From: an uncultured Verrucomicrobiota bacterium | GTDB taxonomy: Bacteria > Verrucomicrobiota > Kiritimatiellia > RFP12 > UBA1067 | Direction of reading: 5' to 3' | DNA: 50,028 nt | Assembly: GCA_946615875.1 (NCBI GenBank) | Contig: CAMOIK010000001.1 | Span: forward strand, 1 to 50,028 | Shown here: positions 1 through 9,257 of the stretch, in pieces | How the letters are laid out: the number at the start of each line of letters is the position of its first letter | Numbering within the stretch: the first letter of the stretch is position 1 | Program-made: the position numbers and the translations under genes | Notes under the pieces: generated by a model | What the model saw: the letters and a program-made list of their open reading frames with translations, nothing else | Database searches by the model: none | What the model was told of the DNA's origin: nothing

Positions 1-578
1 GCTACGCCCACGAGGCCGGAGTGAAATACGCCCGCCCCTTCGTGAAGTACACGCCCACGTGGGCGAGGAGCTTCATGCCGCAGGACCAGCGCCAGCGCGA
101 GCACGTGGCCTCGATGAAGCTCATCCCGATCCCCGGCCTCATCAAGGACAGGCGGCTGGTCTTCTGCGACGACTCGATAGTGCGCGGCACCCAGCTGGGC
201 AAGCAGGCCGCCCGCCTCTACGCCGACGGATGCCTGGAGACTCACATGCGCATCGCCTGTCCGCCGCTCGTCTTCCCCTGCCGCTTCATCAACTTCTCGC
301 GCTCGAAGTCGGAATACGACCTCATAACGCGGCGCTACATACGCGGCCACGAGGGGACGGACGCGAACCTGGACAAATACACCGACCCCGACACGCCCGA
401 ATACGCCGCAATGGTGGAGTTCATACGCGAGAAGCTCAATCTGACCACGCTGCGCTTCCAGAGGCTCGACGATCTCGTGAAGGCGATCGGTCTGCCGGAG
501 TCCAAGCTCTGCACCTACTGCTGGACGGGCAGGGACGTGTCGCTAAAGAACTGCGCCGGCTGCCCCTGCCGCAAGTGA
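1..578 (+). CDS. purF: amidophosphoribosyltransferase, C-terminal part (5' end lies outside the window)
   Basis: The ORF is open to the window start, with stop TGA at 576-578. It carries the PRTase motif VFCDDSIVRGTQ and a PurF-like C-terminal region (FQRLDDLVKAIG...CTYCWTG). Confidence 0.8.
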   Translation, partial: YAHEAGVKYARPFVKYTPTWARSFMPQDQRQREHVASMKLIPIPGLIKDRRLVFCDDSIVRGTQLGKQAARLYADGCLETHMRIACPPLVFPCRFINFSRSKSEYDLITRRYIRGHEGTDANLDKYTDPDTPEYAAMVEFIREKLNLTTLRFQRLDDLVKAIGLPESKLCTYCWTGRDVSLKNCAGCPCRK

Positions 579-1609
579 TGCGCTGCGCTTTGCTCCATTA
601 CTGGCTGACCGGCGTGCGCGGCGGCGAGAAGGTGCTTGCCGCGCTGGCGTCGCTCCTGCCTGGCGCCGACATCTTCACCCATGCATACCTGCGCGGGAGC
701 ATGGGCGGGCTTTTCGAGGGCAGGCGGGTGCGGGAGACCTTCATCGCGAGGCTGCCGTTCGGTCGTCGGCATCCCCAGGCATATCTTCCGCTCATGCCCG
801 CCGCGGCCCGCCGTCTGCGGCTGGACGGCTACGACCTGATAGTCTCCAGCGAGTCGGGGCCGATCAAGGGCGTGCGCAAGCCCGGCGGCGCGCGCCACGT
901 CTGCTACTGCCACACGCCCATGCGCTACGTCTGGGACGCGTCCGAGGAGTATTACCGCTCTGCGTCGGCGCCGCGCAAGGCGGCCATGCGGCTCTTCCTG
1001 CCATACATGCGGCGCGAAGACCTGAAGAGCGCCGAGTCCGTGGACCTTTTCGTTGCCAACTCGGCGTTCGTCGCCGGGCGCATCCGCCGCACGTACGGGC
1101 GCGACTCGATCGTGGTGCATCCGCCTGTGGACGTCGGTTTCTTCTCGGACGGCGTCGCCGCCGGTGGTGCCGCCGCCGAGCCCTACTACCTGTTCGCCGG
1201 CGCGAACGTGCCGTACAAGCGCCTCGATCTCGCCGCCGCGGCATGCCGCCGCATGGGAAGGCGCCTGGTTGTGGCGGGCGGCGGGCGCGTGACGGACGAG
1301 CGGCTGCGCGAACTCTACGCGAACGCCAAGGCGCTGCTCTTCCCCGGCACGGAGGATTTCGGCATCGTCCCAGTGGAGGCGCAGGCGGCGGGGACGCCGG
1401 TGATCGCCTTTGGGCGCGGCGGCGCGCTCGAAACCGTCCTGGCCGGCCGCACGGGGCTTTTCTTCGGCGAGCAGACGGTGGAGTCGCTGTGCGGCGCCAT
1501 TGAAGAGTTCGAGGGGCGCGAGTGGTCCGCCGCCGCCTGCCGCGAGAACGCCAGCCGCTTCTCTCCAGACGTGTTCGCGGCGAAGATGAGGGGAGTTCTG
1601 AAGGTCTGA
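578..1609 (+). CDS. glycosyltransferase, GT4/GT-B fold
   Basis: ATG at 578 overlaps the purF stop (TGATG). The N-terminus HYWLTGVRGGEKVL and C-terminal EDFGIVPVEAQAAGTPVIA (an E-x7-E-like motif) are typical of group 1 glycosyltransferases. The upstream part of track ORF 59..1609 is a frame artefact over purF. Confidence 0.8.
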   Translation: MRCALLHYWLTGVRGGEKVLAALASLLPGADIFTHAYLRGSMGGLFEGRRVRETFIARLPFGRRHPQAYLPLMPAAARRLRLDGYDLIVSSESGPIKGVRKPGGARHVCYCHTPMRYVWDASEEYYRSASAPRKAAMRLFLPYMRREDLKSAESVDLFVANSAFVAGRIRRTYGRDSIVVHPPVDVGFFSDGVAAGGAAAEPYYLFAGANVPYKRLDLAAAACRRMGRRLVVAGGGRVTDERLRELYANAKALLFPGTEDFGIVPVEAQAAGTPVIAFGRGGALETVLAGRTGLFFGEQTVESLCGAIEEFEGREWSAAACRENASRFSPDVFAAKMRGVLKV

Positions 1610-1641
1610 GAGGCGGCGTCGCCATCGCGGGAGTGAGTGGG

Positions 1642-2856
1642 ATGAAGATCGACATAGTGAGCTGCCAGCCTGGGATGTTCGCGGGCTTTCTTTCGGAAAG
1701 CATCGTCGCGCGCGCCGTGAAGAAGGGCGCGTGCGAGATCAACATCGTGAACCTCCGCGACTTCGGCGAGGGGAACTACCGCAAGATAGACGACAAGCCA
1801 TACGGCGGAGGGCCGGGCTGCCTGATGGCCTGCGCGCCGTGGTTCGCGGCGGTGGAGAGCCTGGCGCCGCGCCTTGGCGCCGAGGCGCGCATCGTGATGA
1901 CCAGCCCCGGCGGCAGGAAGTTCCGCCAGGCGGACGCCGAGGCCCTGGCCAAAGAAGCCCATGTCGTATTCATGTGCGGGCACTACGAGGGCTTCGACGA
2001 GCGCATAAGGGCCCTCGCCACGGACGAGTATTCCGTCGGCGATTTCGTGATGACCGGCGGCGAACTCGCCGCCGCAGCGATGGTCGATTCCATAGTGCGC
2101 CTCCTTCCCGGCGTGCTGGGCGGCGGGCGGGAGGCCACGGCGAACGAGAGTTTCGCCAACGGCGGCGGCCTCGAGGCGCCGCAGTACACCCATCCGGCGG
2201 TGTTCCGCGGCATGGCCGTGCCGGACGTGCTGCTTTCCGGCGACCACGCCAAGATCGACGAGTGGCGCCGCGCAGCCGCCGAGCGCAGGAGCCGCGAATT
2301 TTTCGCCTCCGCCTCCGCGCCGTTTCGCGCATCTCCGGCGGCTCCGGCCGCTCCGCTACAGGTCCGCCCCACGCCTTTCGACGAGTGCTTCATGCGCATG
2401 GCGCTGAGGGAGGCGGAGAAGGCGGCGGAGGACGGCGAGGTGCCCACCGGCTGCGTCATCGTCGAGGAGCCGTCGTCGCCGGACGCGCCGCCCGCGTCGG
2501 TGCGGATACTCGCCCGTGCGCACAACCAGGCGGAGGGGCTGGTGGACGCCACCGCCCACGCCGAGATGCTCGCGCTCTCCGCGGCGTTCCAGGCGCGCGG
2601 CAACTGGCGGCTGACCGGCACCCGCCTCTACGTGACGAAGGAGCCGTGCCCGATGTGCGCCGGTGCGATTGCGCTCGCGCGCATCCCCGTGGTGGCGTGG
2701 GGGGCGTGCGACCCGAAGCGCGGCGGCGGCACGGTTTTCGACATATTCTCGCATCCCGGCATGAACCACCATCCCGCCGTGATCCCCGGCGTGATGGAGG
2801 CGGAGTGCCGCGGCGTGCTGCAGGAGTTCTTCAGGAGGCGTCGCAGCAGACAATGA
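1642..2856 (+). CDS. trmD-tadA: fusion protein: tRNA (guanine37-N1)-methyltransferase TrmD joined to tRNA adenosine(34) deaminase TadA
   Basis: ATG at 1642 follows GGGAGTGAGTGGG. The TrmD motifs are YGGGPG, MTSPGGRKF, CGHYEGFDERI and GDFVMTGGELAA. An Ala/Pro-rich linker follows. The deaminase zinc motifs are HAE (about 2557) and PCPMC (2644-2658). It is one continuous frame of 404 aa. Confidence 0.85.
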   Translation: MKIDIVSCQPGMFAGFLSESIVARAVKKGACEINIVNLRDFGEGNYRKIDDKPYGGGPGCLMACAPWFAAVESLAPRLGAEARIVMTSPGGRKFRQADAEALAKEAHVVFMCGHYEGFDERIRALATDEYSVGDFVMTGGELAAAAMVDSIVRLLPGVLGGGREATANESFANGGGLEAPQYTHPAVFRGMAVPDVLLSGDHAKIDEWRRAAAERRSREFFASASAPFRASPAAPAAPLQVRPTPFDECFMRMALREAEKAAEDGEVPTGCVIVEEPSSPDAPPASVRILARAHNQAEGLVDATAHAEMLALSAAFQARGNWRLTGTRLYVTKEPCPMCAGAIALARIPVVAWGACDPKRGGGTVFDIFSHPGMNHHPAVIPGVMEAECRGVLQEFFRRRRSRQ

Positions 2857-4472
2857 AAAAGATATTCGCGCTCGCCATCGCCGTCTTCGGCATCGCATCC
2901 GCCCTCTTCGCAGACATCCCCGTGGTGGCGCACGAGAAGGGCTACTACACGTCGCTCGCGCGCCATGCCGTTCGCTGGCTGCAGCAGCAGGGCGTCCCGG
3001 CCAAGATGTTCGACGCGGCCGGCCTCCCGGACGCGCTGTCCGGCGCGAAGATCGCCTTCCTCGTCGGCTTCGACGCGCCCACGGCGGCGGAGATGGCGCA
3101 GCTGCGGGCGTTTCGCGCGAAGGGCGGCCGCCTGGTGGTGTTCTACTCGTCGTCGCCTGAGCTGGCGCGTCTCATGGGCGTCAAGGTGCTGGCATACCGC
3201 AAGGCGGCGTATCCCGGGCAGTGGAGCAGGATGGACTTCACGGCGAAGGAGCCGGCGGGTCTGCCGGCCTCCATCCGCCAGACCTCCACGGTGCTGCAGA
3301 GTTCCGTGCCGCTGCCCGGGCGGGGACGCGTGATAGCGAAGTGGGTCGATCGCAAGGGGAAGGGCGGCGGCGAGGCCGCGTGGATCGCCACCGACGCCGG
3401 CTTCTGGATGTCGCACGTCCTGCTGGCCGACGGCGACGAGCATCTGAAGGCGCGCCTGCTCGCCGCTTTCGTCGGCTCGGTCGAGCCAAGGCTCTGGAAC
3501 GCCAAGGCCGCAGACGTCAAGGCCGCCGCCGAGCGCGCGTCGCTCAGGGCCTACGCTCAGGCGCAGACGCCCCGGCCGGGCGAGATACGCGCCGTCTGGG
3601 ACCATTCGGGATGCGGCCTCTATCCGGGCGACTGGAAGCGGACGATGACGGTGCTGAAGGGCGCGAAAGTGACCGATCTCTTCGTGAACGTGGCGGGCGC
3701 GGGTTTCGCACACTATCCGTCCGACGTGCTGCCGCGTTCGCGCACGTTCGAGGAAGAGGGCGACCAGCTCGCCGCCTGCCTGGCCGCGACCGAGGGGACG
3801 GGCATACGCGTCCACGCGTGGGTGCTGTGCTTCACCGCCACGCGCGCCACCCCGGAACGCCTGAAGATATTCGAGTCGAGGGGATGGCGCCTGAAGTCGC
3901 GCGACGGCGCGCTCACCGAATATCTGGACCCGGCCAGGCCGGAAGTCCGCGCCTATCTCGTGCGCGCGGTGGACGAAATCCTCGCCCGCTACCGTGTGGA
4001 CGGCGTACACCTCGATTTCGTGCGGTGGTACGAGCGCGCGCAGAAGCCCGCTGGCGCGGCGGAGACGATATCAAAGTTCGTGGCGGAGATGCGCCGCCAC
4101 GTGAAGCGCCCGGCGTGGCTCACGGTGGCGGTCCTCGGCAAATACCCTGCGTGCGTCGCTTCGGTCGCGCAGGACTGGGACAGCTGGCTGAACTGCAACC
4201 TCGTAGATTACGTGGTCCCCATGGACTACACGGAGGACATCGCGAAGTTCGGCGAGTTCGTGGCGCAGCACGCCACCCGCAAATCCCACGCGAGGCGCAC
4301 GATCGCCGGCATCGGCGTCACCGCGAACGAATCGCGCCTCTCCCCGCGCCAGGTGATAGACCAGATACTCGTCGCCCGCAGGCATTCCCTGGCCGGCGTC
4401 GCGCTCTTCGACCTGGACGTCACGCTCCAGACGCAGATACTCCCCTACCTCACTCTCGGACTCTGGAAATAG
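2853..4472 (+). CDS. secreted glycoside-hydrolase-like protein (GHL10 / YngK-type TIM barrel) with an N-terminal extra domain
   Basis: ATG at 2853 overlaps the upstream stop (ATGA). The signal peptide is MKKIFALAIAVFGIASALFA. The motifs GIRVHAWV and VDGVHLDFVRW resemble the family-10-like glycosylhydrolase family. Confidence 0.7.
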   Translation: MKKIFALAIAVFGIASALFADIPVVAHEKGYYTSLARHAVRWLQQQGVPAKMFDAAGLPDALSGAKIAFLVGFDAPTAAEMAQLRAFRAKGGRLVVFYSSSPELARLMGVKVLAYRKAAYPGQWSRMDFTAKEPAGLPASIRQTSTVLQSSVPLPGRGRVIAKWVDRKGKGGGEAAWIATDAGFWMSHVLLADGDEHLKARLLAAFVGSVEPRLWNAKAADVKAAAERASLRAYAQAQTPRPGEIRAVWDHSGCGLYPGDWKRTMTVLKGAKVTDLFVNVAGAGFAHYPSDVLPRSRTFEEEGDQLAACLAATEGTGIRVHAWVLCFTATRATPERLKIFESRGWRLKSRDGALTEYLDPARPEVRAYLVRAVDEILARYRVDGVHLDFVRWYERAQKPAGAAETISKFVAEMRRHVKRPAWLTVAVLGKYPACVASVAQDWDSWLNCNLVDYVVPMDYTEDIAKFGEFVAQHATRKSHARRTIAGIGVTANESRLSPRQVIDQILVARRHSLAGVALFDLDVTLQTQILPYLTLGLWK

Positions 4473-4475
4473 CCA

Positions 4476-5651
4476 ATGACGAAACTCCTTGTCGTCCTGT
4501 CCCTCGCGGCCGGCGCTTCCGCAGAATGGCGCGGCGTCGCCGACGCCCTGGCGGCCAAGCACGCCGCCGAGGCGGCCGTCGCCGTGGAGTGCGCCGACCC
4601 GACGAACTGCATGGAGACGCTGCGGCGTGAGAGGCCGCGCTACGTGGCGTTCGTAATGCAGCCGTGCGAACTCGACGAGGGCGTGGCGGCGCGTCTGCGC
4701 GAGACCATGCGCACGGTGGACGGCGATCCCTACGACGACGCCATATGGAGCGTGCTGACCGCCCCGACGCCGGCCGACGCGCTGCGCATCGCCTCCTCGC
4801 GCGAACCTTCGCGGCCGGTGAGCATCCTGGCGACCACGGGTGTTTCCCCCGACGCGGTGCCTGGCCCGGTCACCGTGATATCCGACGCATATCCCGAAGG
4901 CGAATGGTGGAGCAAGGCGGCGGACGGCGCCATCTCGCGCCATTCCACCACCGGCGAGACGGCGCGCGTCTTCGCGGACGCTTGGAACGCATTCGACCCG
5001 GATTTGCTGCTCACGAGCGCACACGCCACGGAGCACAATCTCGAAATGCCGTTTTCGCGCGGCATGATCGTGCCTGAAAAGACGTCCGCCCGCGGTTTCC
5101 TCACGGCAGGCGCGAGCGGGCATTCGATACTCGATCCGGCAAATCCCGTCCGGCTGGCCCCCGCCAGGCGCGAAAAGGTGTGGCTGGCCGCCGGGAACTG
5201 CCTCATTGCCAATCACGTCGACGATCGCGACATGGTGATGACCGCGCTCTCGTTCGGCAAGGTCAACCAGTTTGTCGGCTACACCAAGCCCACCTGGTTC
5301 GGCTTCGTCGGCTGGAACACGTGGCGCTTCTTCTCCGGCGGCCAACCGCTGAACGAGAGCTACTACGCCGCCAACCAGTGGTTGAACCACAAGCTTTCCG
5401 CCGGAGAGGCCAAGGACGACTTGGAGCAGAAGGGTCTGCTTTGGGACCGCGACGCCACGTTGTTCTACGGCGATCCGATGTTTCGCGTCACTCTGCCCGC
5501 CGCCGACAAGGCGGGGTGCGCCGACCGTCTGCCCCGCCTCGTGGTCTTCCCCTCTTCCTTGACGACTCCGCCGGAAATCACGCCGCCTGAAGGCGCGACC
5601 GCGGTGGTGGCGGACGATTTCGCCCTTTTCCTCCCTTCAGAGCCTATGTAG
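4476..5651 (+). CDS. hypothetical protein with a probable N-terminal signal sequence
   Basis: This is a 391-aa ORF beginning 4 nt after the upstream stop. Its codon usage resembles its neighbours. I recognised no family. Confidence 0.6.
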   Translation: MTKLLVVLSLAAGASAEWRGVADALAAKHAAEAAVAVECADPTNCMETLRRERPRYVAFVMQPCELDEGVAARLRETMRTVDGDPYDDAIWSVLTAPTPADALRIASSREPSRPVSILATTGVSPDAVPGPVTVISDAYPEGEWWSKAADGAISRHSTTGETARVFADAWNAFDPDLLLTSAHATEHNLEMPFSRGMIVPEKTSARGFLTAGASGHSILDPANPVRLAPARREKVWLAAGNCLIANHVDDRDMVMTALSFGKVNQFVGYTKPTWFGFVGWNTWRFFSGGQPLNESYYAANQWLNHKLSAGEAKDDLEQKGLLWDRDATLFYGDPMFRVTLPAADKAGCADRLPRLVVFPSSLTTPPEITPPEGATAVVADDFALFLPSEPM

Positions 5652-5685
5652 GCGCGGACGCCCCCTCCTTTCGCCTTCCTTTGCC

Positions 5686-5763
5686 AGTTCCAACGACTTG
5701 CCAAACTCGTTGGAACGACCTGCCCGACTCGTTGGAACGACTTTGACGGGTCGTTGGAACGAC
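5686..5763. repeat. four copies of the near-palindromic 11-14-nt motif (C/G)TCGTTGGAACGAC: one inverted copy plus three direct copies at exactly 22-bp spacing
   Basis: The direct copies are at 5706-5719, 5728-5741 and 5750-5763. The inverted copy GTTCCAACGAC is at 5687-5697. The core is TCGTT-GG-AACGA, which has dyad symmetry. Confidence 0.85.
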
Positions 5764-5940
5764 CGGGTTGATGCCTGGGAAGGGGGGCGGGACGGGCCAA
5801 TGATGGGATAAACGGGCATTCCAGGGGCGAAAATCGCTGAAAACGGCGCAATGGCCGTCTGGACGGGCGCCAATGCGCGGGGCGTGGCGCGATGGATGCG
5901 TCGCGAGTCAATATGCGCGGATTATGGGGCACGAGGCGCG

Positions 5941-5962
5941 AAAAATATGGTATAATATGCGG
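5941..5962 (+). promoter_or_regulatory. extended -10 promoter box AAAAATATGGTATAATATGCGG (TATAAT at 5951-5956), hisD
   Basis: It contains TGGTATAAT (TGn plus the consensus -10) and belongs to the box family repeated across the window. The hisD ATG is at 5964, 7 nt after the hexamer. Confidence 0.7.
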
Positions 5963-5963
5963 C

Positions 5964-7238
5964 ATGATACGGATAGTCAGGAAAGGCGACAAGGCGATAG
6001 AGCGGTTCAATGCGCGACCGGCGTTCCCGGCCGAGGCGGAGGAGGCGGCGGCAAAGGTGCTGGCCGACATACGCAAGCGCGGCGACCGCGCCGTGGCCGA
6101 CGCCGTGGCGAAATTCGAGGGGGCGAAGCTGAGGCCGTGCGATTTCCTCGTCAAGGGGCCGTGCGACCCGTCGCAGATCGACCCGCGCATCGTAAAGGCC
6201 GTCAAGGAGGCGCACGGTCGGGTGCGCAGATTCAGCGTGGCGTCGCTGCGCAAACCTTGGGAAATCACCTCGCCAAACGGCGGGAAGTCCGGCGAATTCT
6301 TCTCGCCGATGGATCGCGTCGGCGTTTACATCCCCGGCGGCACGGCGCCGCTGGCCTCCACGTCGATACACACGGTCACGCTCGCGCGCGCCGCAGGCGT
6401 CCGCGAAATCGTCGCCTGCACTCCGGCGGGCAGGACGGGCGAGATCAATCCCGTCCTCCAGTATGCCTTGGAACTGGCCGGCGCGACGGAGATATACCGC
6501 GTCGGCGGCATCCAGGCGATCGGCATGATGGCCTACGGCACGCGCACCTGCCGGAAAGTCCAGAAGATCGCAGGCCCCGGCAACGCCTTCGTGACGGCGG
6601 CCAAGCGCCAGGTCTATGGCTACGTGGCGATAGACCAGGTGGCCGGACCAAGCGAAATCGCGGTTTTGACCGACGGCTCGGTGGACGAGCGCTGGATCGC
6701 CGCAGACTTGCTGAGCCAGGCCGAGCACGGCAGCGGCCTCGAGAAATCGCTGTGCGTCTGCACCTCCATGGAGTTTGCCGAGAAGGTGCGGGCGGAGACG
6801 CTGCGCCAGACGAAGTCGCTTTCGCGCAGGGCGCTCGTCGAGCGCGTGATCAAGCGCGGCGGCATCCTCATCGTCGTCGCGGACAGCGTCAAGGACGGAA
6901 TGGACGTCGTCAACGACTTCGCGCCGGAGCACTTCGAGATCATGACGCGCGACGCGCTCCGCGCAATGAAGGGCGTGCGCGCCGCCGGAGCGGTCTTCGC
7001 AGGGCCGTGGACGCCCGAATCCGCCGGCGATTTCGTGGCCGGGCCCAGCCACGTGCTGCCCACGGGCGGCGCGGCCAGGATGTTCAACGGCCTCACCCCG
7101 GACGACTTCCGCCGCCGCCACAGCTACGTGTCCTTCACGTGCAAGGACCTTTCCGACACGCTGGCCGCGATCGAGTCGTTCGCCGGCGTGGAGGGCCTGG
7201 ACGCGCACGGAAGGGCGGCGGCCGTCAGATTTTCGTGA
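5964..7238 (+). CDS. hisD: histidinol dehydrogenase
   Basis: The full length looks like HisD (GVYIPGGTAPLASTSIH, SQAEHG, GDFVAGPSHVLPTGG). The start MIRIVRKG at 5964 fits HisD N-termini. Residues upstream in track ORF 5892.. are a translation of the promoter box. Confidence 0.9.
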   Translation: MIRIVRKGDKAIERFNARPAFPAEAEEAAAKVLADIRKRGDRAVADAVAKFEGAKLRPCDFLVKGPCDPSQIDPRIVKAVKEAHGRVRRFSVASLRKPWEITSPNGGKSGEFFSPMDRVGVYIPGGTAPLASTSIHTVTLARAAGVREIVACTPAGRTGEINPVLQYALELAGATEIYRVGGIQAIGMMAYGTRTCRKVQKIAGPGNAFVTAAKRQVYGYVAIDQVAGPSEIAVLTDGSVDERWIAADLLSQAEHGSGLEKSLCVCTSMEFAEKVRAETLRQTKSLSRRALVERVIKRGGILIVVADSVKDGMDVVNDFAPEHFEIMTRDALRAMKGVRAAGAVFAGPWTPESAGDFVAGPSHVLPTGGAARMFNGLTPDDFRRRHSYVSFTCKDLSDTLAAIESFAGVEGLDAHGRAAAVRFS

Positions 7239-7261
7239 GCGACCGAACGGACCGCCCGCCC

Positions 7262-8080
7262 ATGACATTCCTCCAGAGACACGCTTATGGAATCGGCGCA
7301 GGCTTCGCGGCCATGCTCTGGCCGTTCTTCCGCCGCCGCCGCCGCATATCCGTCGAAAACATCCTCAAGGGCGGCGTGGCCTCCTGCGAGGAGGAGGCGC
7401 GGCGCATCGCCAAGGCGGCGTGGTGCCATCTCGCGGGCCACATAGCCGAAGCGCTGTTCGTGCCGGGCGTCATCAACGAGGGCAACTGGCGCGAACACCT
7501 GGACTTCTCGGCCGCCGCGCCGGAAGCCGTCAGTTTGCTTCTCGACCGGCCGGACGTGCCGATACTGCTCGTCAGCTCGCACCACGGCGTCTGGGAGGCC
7601 GCCACGAACGTCCTCTCGTTCGCCCGCCCGATGATCGCCGTCGCCCGCGTCATGAACTCGCGGCTCGTCGCCGACTGGCTGAAGAAGCACCACTTCAGAG
7701 GGCGGATAACGGTCATAGACAAGAACCGCGGCTTCACGCCTGAAATCCTCCGCCAGTGGCGGCAGACGGGCGCGGCGATGACCCTGCTCATCGACCAGCA
7801 TACGCGCAAAGGAGCGAGGCTCAGGTTCTTCGGGCGCCCCGCGCTCACCTACACCAGCGCCACGCGGCTGGCCATGCGCTGCGACGTCCCGATCGTCGTG
7901 GGGTCGTTCGTGCGCATCGCGCCATACCGCTACAGGCTCGTGGGCGGCTCGCCACTGCGCTTTGGCAAGGACGCCGACCGCGACGCGGCCACCCAGCAGC
8001 TCAACGACCGCTTGGAGGACGCCATCCGCCAGTATCCCGAGCAATACCTCTGGAGCCACAGGCGCTGGCGCGAGAAATGA
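7262..8080 (+). CDS. lipid A biosynthesis (Kdo2-lipid IVA) acyltransferase family protein, LpxL/LpxM-like
   Basis: The active-site motif HHGVWE is of the H-x-G-N-W-E type. The size (272 aa), an N-terminal hydrophobic segment and the C-terminal YPEQYLWSHRRW are typical of the family. Confidence 0.75.
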   Translation: MTFLQRHAYGIGAGFAAMLWPFFRRRRRISVENILKGGVASCEEEARRIAKAAWCHLAGHIAEALFVPGVINEGNWREHLDFSAAAPEAVSLLLDRPDVPILLVSSHHGVWEAATNVLSFARPMIAVARVMNSRLVADWLKKHHFRGRITVIDKNRGFTPEILRQWRQTGAAMTLLIDQHTRKGARLRFFGRPALTYTSATRLAMRCDVPIVVGSFVRIAPYRYRLVGGSPLRFGKDADRDAATQQLNDRLEDAIRQYPEQYLWSHRRWREK

Positions 8081-8123
8081 AACTCTTCCCGCCGGTGGGC
8101 CGGCGGGGCGTTTGCGCAATGGC

Positions 8124-9191
8124 ATGAAAATAGCTGTAGGACTTTCCGGCGGGGTCGATTCCAGCGTGGCCGCGCTGCTTCTCAAGGAGCATGGCCACGA
8201 CGTGGTGGGCATCACCATGCGCCTGTGGCGCGAGGGACGCTACAAGGGGGGCGGCCGCGACGCGTGCTTCGGCGCCGGCGAGGCCGAGGACATTGCGGCG
8301 GCCGCGGAGCTGGCCGAACGCATCGGCATCCCTTACCGCGTTTTCGACTGCGCCGACGAATACGACAAGGCCATCGTTTCCTACTTCCGCCAGACGTATC
8401 TCGCGGGCAAGACCCCCAACCCGTGCGTGAGGTGCAACGCCATGATGAAGTTCGGCCTCCTGCCCGATCTCGCAAGGCGCAGCGGCCTCGACTTCGAGAG
8501 GTTCGCCACCGGCCACTACGCGCGCACCGCCGTCGCCGCCGACGGCCGCGTGATGCTAATGCGCGCCGCCGACGCCGCCAAGGACCAGAGCTACTTCCTC
8601 TACCGCCTTTCGCAGGCGCAGCTCGCCCGCCACGTCTTCCCGCTTGGCGGCATGACCAAGCGCGAAGTCCGCGAAATAGCCCGTCGGCACGGCCTGGCCG
8701 CCGCGGACCGCCCCGATTCGCAGGATTTCTATTCCGGCGATGTCGCGGAACTCATAGGCGCGGAAAGCCGCCCGGGCGACGTGGTGGACCTCTCCGGAAA
8801 GGTGTTGGCCAGGCACGACGGCTTCTGGCGCTTCACCATCGGCCAGCGAAAGGGGCTGGGCATCGGCGGGGGCGGCGAGCCGTACTACGTCATCGACATC
8901 AACGCCTGCGCCAACCGCGTCGTCGTCGGGCGCGCCGGGGATGCCGTCAAGACTTCGCTGAGGGTGGCGGACATGAACTGGGTCTCGATCCCTCCGGCCT
9001 CCGGCCCGCTGCCAGTCGCCGTCAAGGTGCGCTCCGCCGGCGAGCCGAAGGGACCGGCCGTCCTCGACGGCGACAGATGCGTGTTCCCGGACGGCATAGC
9101 AGGCATCGCGCCGGGCCAGAGCGCGGTCTTCTATTCGCCGGACGCGCAGACTCTGCTTTGCGGCGGCGTCATCGTCAGGGAAGGGGAATGA
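8124..9191 (+). CDS. mnmA: tRNA-specific 2-thiouridylase
   Basis: It has the PP-loop GLSGGVDSSVAA plus NPCVRCN, DQSYFL and FTIGQRKGLG. Confidence 0.9.
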   Translation: MKIAVGLSGGVDSSVAALLLKEHGHDVVGITMRLWREGRYKGGGRDACFGAGEAEDIAAAAELAERIGIPYRVFDCADEYDKAIVSYFRQTYLAGKTPNPCVRCNAMMKFGLLPDLARRSGLDFERFATGHYARTAVAADGRVMLMRAADAAKDQSYFLYRLSQAQLARHVFPLGGMTKREVREIARRHGLAAADRPDSQDFYSGDVAELIGAESRPGDVVDLSGKVLARHDGFWRFTIGQRKGLGIGGGGEPYYVIDINACANRVVVGRAGDAVKTSLRVADMNWVSIPPASGPLPVAVKVRSAGEPKGPAVLDGDRCVFPDGIAGIAPGQSAVFYSPDAQTLLCGGVIVREGE

Positions 9192-9199
9192 ATCGAAAC

Positions 9200-9229
9200 G
9201 GTCCGCGCCGGGGACGCCCCGCGCGGACC
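9200..9229. terminator. GC-rich hairpin between convergent genes (a possible bidirectional terminator)
   Basis: GGTCCGCGC (9200-9208) pairs perfectly with GCGCGGACC (9221-9229), and an inner GGGG/CCCC pairing is possible. It lies between the mnmA stop and the stop of the minus-strand hydrolase gene. There is no clear U-tract. Confidence 0.45.
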
Positions 9230-9257
9230 GCTTCGCCGTATTGCGCAGACCCCTCGG

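Noticed and set aside
59-577. N-terminal extensions of track ORFs 59..1609, 1522..2856, 1731..4472, 5873..8080, 7962..9191, 18890..21955, 21742..22665, 22503..23804 and 41145..44069.
   Set aside because: The upstream portions overlap the preceding genes in other frames and are low-complexity. Family-consistent start codons with SD sequences or stop/start overlaps lie downstream, and those were used instead.
4476-5651. A possible clan-CD (gingipain/caspase-like) cysteine peptidase dyad in the hypothetical protein (TSAHATEH … AAGNCLIAN).
   Set aside because: This is only a His and a Cys in vaguely suitable contexts. The spacing and flanking residues do not match the H-G / A-C signatures, so the call cannot be supported without a profile search.
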